From contig NC_043005.1 of assembly GCF_006345805.1 (NCBI RefSeq), positions 50,096,001-50,160,000 on the forward strand: DNA of 64,000 bases, read 5' to 3'. The position numbers were made by a program, and so were the translations under genes. The number at the start of each line of letters is the position of its first letter. Within the stretch, counting starts at the first letter, position 1. This document shows, piece by piece, positions 53,649 through 64,000 of the stretch. The stretch is from Octopus sinensis. Taxonomy: Eukaryota. A model generated the notes under the pieces. It had not been told where the DNA came from and searched no databases. It saw nothing but the letters and a program-made list of their open reading frames with translations.

Positions 53649-55356
53649 ACACAGAAAAAACAAGGAGAGAAACAAGGAGAAAAAAAAGGAGAGAAAAAAG
53701 GAGAGCAAAAGAGGAGAGAGAAAAGGAGAGCAAAAAAAGGAGAGAGAAAAAAAAATATATATACATATATATAGATATATATATACACACACATATATAT
53801 ATAAATATATATATAAATATATACATATATATAAATATATATATGTATGTATGTATGTTTGTGCATATATGAATATATAAATGTATATATGAATCTGTTT
53901 TTGTTCTTATTTCAATCCTCTTCTTTGTTGCCAGTCATCACTCCCACTGTTCTGTTTCCTATCACACCCTATATATTGCTATTCATCATCATTCTGTTTT
54001 CCATTTACACTTCTTCTGCTGTTTCTATTGAATCTCCTTACAAGCAATCATCATGCAGCTCTCTTTCTCTTTCTTCCTTTACTTCCCTCTTCATCATTCT
54101 CTCAGTCTAACCACCCTGGTCCCCTTCTATTATATTGCTCTCTATCACCCTCTGGCCCTGCACCTCTTTCATCACTCCATCGTCTACCAGTCAGGAAGGA
54201 TACAACTTATTGGTGTTGTTGAAAAAATGAATCACATCAATGTAGAGCAGAGAGGGCTCTTTGGGCTTTGCTTGATATGAGACAATCTCTCTAATGCTGG
54301 GCCTATGGTAAAATGCATCTGATATATTTTGTAAAAGGCTACCTCTATCATACTTAATCTCTCAGTTTTACTCCTTCTCTCAACCAAAAGATCTTGTCTT
54401 GTGAGCTCATGGGTGCTGGTGCCATGTAAAAAGCATCCATTTCTATGTCACGTAGAAAGCACCCTTGCCAGTTCCACATAAAGGACCCATGCCAGTACCG
54501 TATTAAAAGCACCCAGTACACTCTGTAAGTGGCTGGCATAGGGAAGGGCATCCAGCTGTAAAAACTATGCCAAGACAGATGACTAGAGCCTGATGCAGCC
54601 CCCTGGCTTACAAGTTCCTGTCAAACCATCCAGTCTATGTCAGCAGACATGGAAAGTAGACATTAGATGATGATGATGATGATGATAATGATGACGACGA
54701 CACTAATACATTTACCAGACAAGTTTTGTGGAGTAGCTTAGTGGCTGTTTTGTTTTTTTAGATTCAGTCAGTCCTCATCCAGTAAACACATAACCAAAGA
54801 GATTTTAGTTGTGGTCGATCCAATATTTCTCCATGTGACAATGCACTCAGGAAAGGCTACATTATCTAAGGTCTCCTTTTTTTAATCATTTAGATACCAA
54901 CCTACCTGAGTACACCCCTGGGTCAACGATAAAATTTTTGTTTCAAAGAATTCTGAATTAAGACTTTAATCAAAATTTCATGTTGATTTATGTTCCAAGC
55001 ATCAACATAATTATGATGAAGTTATTTTACTAAGTCCTTCCTTATTTTAAAAATTAATTGAAACAAAAGCAGTGCATTTCAAAAGAAATAGGGTAATAAA
55101 AGGAAAGGATTACAGCCTGTAGTATTAGCTTTGAAAGTTATATACCTATTATTATGAACAGGTAGAGAGAAACGGAAGAAAGATATATATCCTGCGTTTG
55201 AGAATAAAACTATTCCCTTATCTGTATCTTTCAAAACATATCAATGCTTCTAAAGCAAACTTTGTTTGTTAACTTTCAACATAAGTTGAATTTATTGTAT
55301 GATAGTATCTTATAAAGCTAGATTTTTATGTCCTAAAATTGCAGAACTTGTTGCTG

Positions 55357-55432
55357 GGCAGTTTAGCCTAATGGTAAAGCATTTGACGCGTAATCACAGG
55401 GATTAGAGTTTGAGTCTCAGTACTGGCTGCCA
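55357..55432 (+). pseudogene. tRNA-Thr(CGT)-like sequence (pseudo-tRNA or isolated SINE head)
   Basis: GGCAGTT TA GCCT AATGGTA AAGC A TTTGA CGCGTAA TCACA GGGAT TAGAG TTTGAGT CTCAG TACT GGCTGCC A. It is cloverleaf-like but has a non-canonical G33, T-arm mismatches and 4 extra nt. Confidence 0.55.
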
Positions 55433-56753
55433 ACAGATTTTTCTGCAAAATATTGATAGTTTATCCTGTTCATGTTATATTATTAGCATTATCCAGCGTT
55501 TGAGAATAAAATTATTTCCTAATCCAATATATCTATATATGTGTGTGTGTGTCTTTTCTTTGTGTTTATCCACTACCCCTGTTTGACAACTGATGTTGGT
55601 GTGTTTACACACTTGTGACTTAGCAGTTTGGCAAAAGAGATTAACAGAATAAGTACCAGGCTTAAATGAAAGAAATGAGTACTGGGGTTGATTCAGTTAA
55701 ATAAAAATTCTTCAAGGGGGTGTGCCCCAGCATGGCCGCAGTCTATGACTGAAACAAGTAAAAAAAAGATAGAAAAACAATGCTTTGATAATCACACAGA
55801 GCATTTTTTTTATTGACTGTAAATAGGAAAATACACAGTGAAAAACAAGTTGGTTGAGGATGATACATAGACGCGAGATTGAAACCTAGACAACAGAGTT
55901 TTATTTATTTATTTATTTATTTTTTTTTTTTTTGTCTGATCTAGGAGTGAGGTAGGAAGAAGTACTAGGTCTGTTAATACCTTCCACAGTCACGATGAGT
56001 AAATGAGTAAATGAGATGCTTCAAATGGCAAGAGCAGAGTGTTTGTATGTATCAGGATGTCATTATGGAAGAAGTTTATCCTGAAAATCTCAGCCATTCC
56101 ACATTTCAAAGGCAACGGAATGAAAGTGGTATGGAAGTGTTATTATGAGATGATGTACAAACAACATAAACATAACAAAAAGCTATGAATATTTTATAAA
56201 CAAGAGAGATTCTACCTCACGTGGAACAGGTGGACTTAGCTGTAGAGATTAGTGTGAACACTGTCAGACCGGAACTCAACGTACGGTGAAGACAGGGAAA
56301 ACTTGCATGTCTATAAGGAATTGTTACTGGCAGACGGAAAGCATTAGTCGTCCATATTGATAATATCACCATTCTGATTGATCTTTATCTTAATCATCAT
56401 CATGATTATGATTATAATTATGATGATAATGGTGATAATGATGATTATTATCATTGCCATCATCATCATCATCATCATCATCATCATTGTTACTGTCACT
56501 GTTTTCATTATCATCGGCATTATTGCTACCATTGTCACCATTATCACTGCTACCACTTCCACCACAACCACCACCACCACCACCACCAATACCACTATCA
56601 TCGTTGTCATCGTCGTTGTCATCATCATCATCAACATCAACAACGCCATTTAAAAACATTTTTTTTTCAATGGATAGGATGGGTTTGATGTTTTGTATTC
56701 TTCTTTTCTCTTATTCTATATGTATGAGTGTGTCTACATACATACATACATAC

Positions 56754-56805
<52 letters not shown>

Positions 56806-57154
56806 ATGTATGCATGCATGTATGTATGCATGTATGTATGTATGTATGTATGTATGTATGTATGTATGTATGTATGTATGTATGTATGTATGTATGTATG
56901 TATGTATGTATGTATGTATGTATGTATGTATGTATGTGTGTGTGTGTGTGTATGTATGTATGTGAGTGAATATGAATGTATATATCTTCATGGCCACCCA
57001 CTACTTAATGATGTTTATTGAGAGAGAAAAAAAAGCCACTAAACAAACACATAGACAAACGAAGAATGAATAATGATTAAACACAATGAGCCAATCAACA
57101 ACTTATGCTAAACACCAATGATATATAGTTGGGATTGAATATGTTTGATATTAT

Positions 57155-57186
<32 letters not shown>

Positions 57187-57245
57187 GCACATAAACACAT
57201 GCATGCACACAGACACATACATGCACATAAACGCATGCGTGCACA

Positions 57246-57287
<42 letters not shown>

Positions 57288-57730
57288 CACGCAAATCACC
57301 TGGATGATTCAGTGTAGTAACAAGCATAAATACGCCAAAACAACTCCAGCATTATGTTTCGGTTTGTTCAGGTGGGCAGGGGTTGGAACAAAGCTTCCAT
57401 AGGTTCTGTTACTGGTTACAAAGGATTGGTAGGTTAAAAGAAATCAACATAAGTATATATAAAGGTGTGGGCTTAGCCGCACGCACGGTTGAGAAGCTTG
57501 CTTTGTGACCGTGTGATTTCTCATTTAGTCTCACTACATGCCATGTTGGGCAAGTGTTTTCTGTTTTAGTCTTAGGCTGACCAATTCCTTCTGAATTGAA
57601 AACATGCCTGACCACGATGAAATACTATCTTGCTTGGTAATAGGTAAGTGTTGGTGACAGGAAGGGCATCTTCTGTCCAACTCATGCAAGCATATAAACG
57701 GTAAATGTTGATGTTAAAATGATGGTGACG

Positions 57731-57764
<34 letters not shown>

Positions 57765-58221
57765 TCGTCATTTAGCGTCCGTTTTCCATGCTAGCATATA
57801 TATATATGTGTATACATACATACATAAGCATGGCTGTGTGGTAAGAAGCTTGCTTTTCAACCACATGATTCCGGATTCATGTCGCACTGCATGGAACCTT
57901 GGGCAAGTGTCTTCCACTATAGCCACGGGCTCACCAAAGCCTTGTGAGTGGATTTGGTTGGCAGAAACTGAAAGTTATCATTATGTGCGGGTGTGTTTGT
58001 GTCTGTGTTTGTCTCCCCACCATCGCTTGACAACCCATGCTGATGTATTTATATGCCTGTGACTTAGCAGTTTGGCAAAACTGATAGAATAAGTACTTGG
58101 CTTACAAAGAATAAGTCCTGGGTTTGATTTGTTTAACTGAAACCCCTCAAGGCAATGCTCCAGCTTGGCCACAGTCAAACGACTGAAACAAGTAAAAGAT
58201 TATATATATATATATATATCA

Positions 58222-59470
58222 ACAGATGTAAATAGACACCCCATGAAACATTGTGTTATGTTTATTTTAACATGAAAGTTTTATATTTTTTATTACTGGA
58301 CATTTTTATGTTTCAGATTCTATTAGTGACTGTTTAATCATGCCACATACAAAAGAAGCCTTGGAACTGTCCAAATTTCAAAGAGTCTGTATTATGGGTT
58401 AATCTGAAGATGGACTTAGTCTGCGTAAAATCACAGAAAACCTTGGGATCCCACATTCTATAATTAAAAGGGTGAATGTGCAATTCACCAGAGAGGGGGA
58501 GGAGTCCACATCACCATACCCAAGTCAACCAGGGCCCTCTGACAGGACCCTTTGCTTTGTTAAGTGAAGCATGGAGGATAATCCTCATTGCAAGGCCTCT
58601 GACATAGCAGAACAACTTGATGTCAGCCCCAGAATAGCTGCCAGGTATCTTCACAAACTTAGCTACAATGGCAGAGGAACAAGAAGGAAGCCACTTCTTC
58701 AACCATCCAATATCAAGTGGAGAAAAGATTGGGCCAGTGAGATGATGTAGTGGCTGCAAGAATTTTGGGGTACTATCATATTCTCTGATGAGCCAAGATT
58801 TGCTTTATTTTCTGACAGTGGTCCAGTGTGGGTCTGGAGACTCTGAGCAAGAATTTGACATGAAAAGATTGCTGCCAACAATGAAAAAAAGGCAGCTATT
58901 CTGTGATAGTATGGGGAGCAATTTGGAGAAATGGTCAATCAGAACTGATGGCGTGTGATGGAAACATAAACTCAGATAAATATGTGTTCATATTGCAGAA
59001 AGGATTCCTTCCAATCTTCTCCAATGGTGAAATGATTAAAGAAGGCTCTTTATTTCTGGGAAATGGGGTCCCTTGGTACATGGCTAAAAATACCCAAGAT
59101 TGGTTGGAAAAGAATGGCATTAAAAGACATCCATGACCAAGCACATCACCAGCTATGAACTCTATTGAACATCTCTGAGGCATAATGGACAGGACACTTT
59201 GAAAAAAGAACAAGAAAGCTTCCTCAATGCCAAATTTTTGGAGATTACTGCATGAAACTTGGCAAGAAATTCCACAAGAGAATATTCATCATCTGATCAG
59301 TAGCATGCCTAATAAGATCCTTGCATTGAAATGTGCAAAGGGCATGTCTACTAAATATTAGATATTCACATTGTAATAATAATTAATAAATAATTTGAAT
59401 GAATAACTTCAGATTGAAATAAATTTTAATGATTATAAGGGTGTCTATTTTCTTCTGTCATGCCTGTGTA
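58222..59470 (+). mobile_element. Degenerate Tc1-family DNA transposon
   Basis: Imperfect TIR: acagatgtaaatagacaccc (58222-58241) versus the reverse complement of 59439-59458 (18/20). Transposase relics lie inside. Confidence 0.9.
58340..59361 (+). pseudogene. Tc1 transposase pseudogene (multiple stops and frameshifts)
   Basis: Hand translation gives MPHTKEALELSKFQR.., LSLRKITENLGIPHS (HTH), RRKPLL, IIFSDEPRF, MIVWGAIW, PSTSPAMNSIEHL (cf. WPSQSPDLNPIEHLW) and a C-terminal KGMSTKY*. Confidence 0.9.
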
Positions 59471-59640
59471 TATATATCTTGAGGTAGAAAATGTGCTTCA
59501 ACAAATTTCTGCCTGATCCATGGAAGCTTTGAAAAGTAGATATTAAATCATGTTGATTATATATGTGAGCACGCACATGTGTGTGTGTGTGTGCTTGTGG
59601 GTGTTTGTGTGTGTTCTTGCGCATGTGTGTTGTGTGTGTG

Positions 59641-59750
<110 letters not shown>

Positions 59751-60434
59751 CATCATCATCATCATCATCATCATTTAGCGAAAATCAGACTGAAGTTTAA
59801 TCAGAAGCACTGGAATATAATAAAAGCATGCACACACACACATACACACACACACACACAAATAAGCAACAAAAATTACAAATTAAGAACAATCTTCTAA
59901 AGACATTATTACTGAGTTATGTAAATAAAACCCAACATAGTTCATCTGACTTCTGTAACTTTTTACAGATCTATGAATATTTAGCTCGCAGTTATTGTTT
60001 CAACATTATTATTCATGTATTCCGATCGATATTAACGGGAATCAATTGGGACTATTTCACAGAGCAGTGTGAATAACGACACTGTGATTGAAAAATATAT
60101 AAAACGAAACAAAATAAAATAAAAAGAATAAATCTGTCTGTATAGGCGTTATGTCATGTCATTTGCGTAGTGTCTTCCTCGAATGAGTGCAGCTGCGATA
60201 CGTGGTGCAGTTCGTGCAGTTTGGTAACGGAGAAGGGACTGTGTGATGAATTATAAAGTGACGTGGAGCAGAGTGGTGTGCTGTGTTGTGTTGTGGGTCG
60301 TTTATAATGTTATGAAGCATAAAGTGTCAGCAAGGTGCATATGAAATTCATAAACAGTTAGATTGCACATATATTGGCTTTGATTGGTGGTGCATGTAGA
60401 CATGTATATATATATATATATATAAAATATTATA

Positions 60435-60495
<61 letters not shown>

Positions 60496-60570
60496 TTATG
60501 TATTATATTATACATATATATATACATATATATATATACATATATATATATACATATATATATATACATA

Positions 60571-60614
<44 letters not shown>

Positions 60615-60681
60615 TATATATATATAATATATATGTATATGTATATATGCATATATGTATGTAAGCATGCATATATGTATA

Positions 60682-60718
<37 letters not shown>

Positions 60719-60981
60719 GTGTGTGTGTGTGTGTATAAATATATGTGTGTATGTGCATGTGCATATTTGTAATTTGTATATGATTGTGTACATATAATAT
60801 GTAATATTGTCTGTGATGGTGCATATATAATTTTGTATATAATTAAATATGTAATGTCATAAGTTGTTCATCTGTTCTTGTTTTTGTTGTTGTTTTATTA
60901 CATATCACCATGGGTAGGAGAGGTTGTACATGCAAGTCTTCTATGCATATCGACCCTATATGAAAGCTTTCAGCTTATAAA

Positions 60982-61012
<31 letters not shown>

Positions 61013-61029
61013 TATTATTATTATCTATA

Positions 61030-61089
<60 letters not shown>

Positions 61090-61122
61090 TACACACATGT
61101 ATGTACACATACACACTCACAG

Positions 61123-61157
<35 letters not shown>

Positions 61158-61608
61158 TAAATGTCTGTTTGTGCTTGTATGTATGTATTTTTGATAGAAA
61201 TATGACCAGCCATGACATAAAATAAATCTGTCAATCCTCATTATGAAACATGTAATGAATTTATGTGGAGCTGATATGCAGAGCAGACTGTTGCATGTTC
61301 GACCTCTCCTACCCATGCTCACATATAAAAATATAAAAATAAATAAATAAAAAAATAAAAATAAAAATCAGAGAAAGAAATGAATAACCCCAGATGAATG
61401 ACTAATGATATTTTATGTATATCCTTTCTACTAGCCTGAAATTTTTTTTTTTTTCGATGGGTGGGGTGGCCAGTCAATTTGATCAACCCTAGTATGCAAC
61501 TGATACTTAAGTTATTGATGTTGAAAGAATGAAAGGCAAAGGCAACCTCAGCGGAATTTGAACTCAGTACGTAGCGATGGGCAAAATACTGCTAGGTACT
61601 TCGTCTGG

Positions 61609-61824
61609 CAGAAACGTTAGCTCACTGGGCAAAATGCTTAGCGGTGTTTCACCTGCCGCTATGTTCTGAGTTCAAATTCCGCCGAGGTCGACTTTGCTTT
61701 TCATCCTTTTGTGGTCAATAAATTAAGTACCAGTTACACACTGGGGTCAATGTAATCAACTTAATCCATTTGTCTGTCCTTGTTTGTCCCCTCTGTGTTT
61801 AGCCCCTTGTGGGTAGTAAAGAAA
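61609..61824 (+). mobile_element. SINE family C nested in an older antisense family-C copy (~61455-61870)
   Basis: The TSD is taggtacttcgtctgg (61593-61608) / taggtacttcacctgg (61825-61840). The host element resumes at gcatgctaac. Confidence 0.85.
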
Positions 61825-63781
61825 TAGGTACTTCACCTGGCATGCTAACATCTCTGCTTGCTCACTGCCTTTGACACTTTATGTATAGTTATATAAAAAC
61901 TCATGTATGAATATGTGTTTGTGTGTGTGTATGTGTATGAAGTTGGACTGAAATAAATATAATAAACATTAAAAGAACAATGCAGGAAGAACATTGTTTG
62001 GCAAAAAAAGGTGTCGGCTTAATCCTTTAAACTTTGGCGCCCGTGCCAGTGGAATGCTAAAAGCACCATCCAAGCATGATCATTGCCAGGGTCACTGACA
62101 GGCTCCCATGCCGGTGGCACATAAATAGCACCATTCGAGTTTGATCATTACCAGCATCACCTTACTGGTATGTCAAAACCAACATTCGAGCAAGGTCGTT
62201 GCCAGTGCCGCTGGACTGGCTCCTGTGCAGGTAGCACATCAAAAAACACCATTTCAGCATGGCCGTCGCCAGTACTGCCTGACTGGCCCTTGTGCCAGTG
62301 GCACATAAAAGCACCAACTACACTCTTGGAGTAGTTGGCGTTAGGAAGGGCATCCAGCTGTAAAAACTCTGCCAGATCAGAATGGAGCCTGGTGCAGCCA
62401 TCTGGCTCACCTCAGTCAAGCCATCCAACCCACGCCAGCATGGAAAGTAGATGTTAAGTGATGATGACGATGATGATGATGATGATTTCTTTGTTAAATG
62501 TATTGCTTATTTATTCCCATTGTTTTGAATTAATCTTGCATTGTCTTGTAGCTTTGGGATTTCAATGGTGGGTACATTTTTAGAGTAACATTGTTGAGTA
62601 GGTGTGAGAGGTTTGATCTGGTTGGTTTTAACATAAGAAAGGCAGAATATTTGGGCCAGAAATGACTGGAATAAATGGTAAAAGGTTAATAGAAAGAGGA
62701 TGCCTTAACATTTTTGACATTAGTCCTTCAATAGGAAAAAAAAAAGGCGAAAGGGAAAATGAGAAACATATGGGGAGCAAGAAAGAGAAATAGGAGCAAA
62801 GGGTTTGAAATCAGTTGGGAATGCTGTTCTGTGAGAGGGGATCAAGAAGGGTACAATGGACAGGTGTGCTGTTGCAAGCACAAAAGTGCATCTGTGCCTG
62901 AGAATGAGTATAAGGGAGGAGTGAGTGTGTGTGTGTGTGTGTGTGTGCTAGCGTGGTGTATATATATATGTGTCGAAAGGAATGCAAGTGTAAAAGTATT
63001 GTGGCATTGGTTAGTGGGTGTCCGGGGTGCTGAAGTGTATGTGTCATCATTAGGGATTGGTGTGAAAGTGTGCATTTGAAGTGATGAGAGCATGTGTGAG
63101 TGTAAGGGAACAAAGCTTTTGACAAAGCACATGATATAGCAAGAGAGCGGTAGAAGGTGTTAATGATGTGTGTGCAAGTGTGTAACAAAAGTATAAAAAA
63201 AGGTGTGTATATATGGTGTGTGATATCCAGTATACATACAAAAGCATACATATTAAATACACTAGGAAGTGAATATGAAGAATTAAATTATGCTACTTAT
63301 GGTCAACTTAACTTCAAGTTTGATACAGTAGAGCCTTAATGAATCCTTTGACCATCTAAATGTCAGATCAGAGATTTCCAATAAATGCTGGTATTTCAGG
63401 TAGTTTTGTATCAGTGTAACTGGACATATACTCACTCATATAATTCTTTTTTTACTTGATCAACTTTAATTTTAGCTTTTATTTTAATCTTAACTTTCTC
63501 AAGTTTAACCTATCAGCACACTTCGTATCTCAGCATATAATCTAAGTAATGTTGACTATACTACTTATGACTGTGCATGTGTGTGTGTGTGTGTGTGTGT
63601 GTGTTTGTGTGTGCGTGCATGTATATATATATATATATTTATAAAATTTGTGAGAGCACAGGCCTTGTAAGTCCATTTGCATATATATATATATATATAC
63701 ACACACATATATATATATTGAGAGAGAGAGAGAAAGAGAAATTGGTAGATAGATAGATATACACATACATGCATATATATA

Positions 63782-63823
<42 letters not shown>

Positions 63824-63868
63824 CTGCTCTACGACTGCTTCTTTTCCAGATTTATGATGATTTACCGA

Positions 63869-63920
<52 letters not shown>

Positions 63921-64000
63921 ATATATGTGTGTGTGTGTGCAGAGAGAGAGAGAGAGAAAGAGCAATAGATACACACACACACGGAAGGTGGACATTTGAT

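Overview
AT-rich, microsatellite-saturated animal DNA. It is most likely an octopus (coleoid) genome, inferred from the SINE families and the repeat landscape. The window appears to be almost entirely intron of a minus-strand Syd-1/RhoGAP100F (SYDE-like) gene; only one 1128-nt coding exon (31938-33065, C2 domain plus start of RhoGAP) is visible. The rest contains tRNA-derived SINEs of several families, a mariner (Hsmar1-like) element with TIRs, a dead Tc1, a HERO-type RLE LINE fragment, two Penelope-like (GIY-YIG) relics, TTAA-flanked piggyBac-like MITEs and local tandem or inverted duplications. Nearly all short ORFs in the supplied track are microsatellite translations. The main unannotated signal is about 10 minimal type I hammerhead-ribozyme motifs from about 5 element families. 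One of them forms the 3' half of a tRNA-headed SINE, a candidate Pol III, Penelope-mobilised ribozyme SINE. All structures were folded by eye; no searches or folding programs were run.
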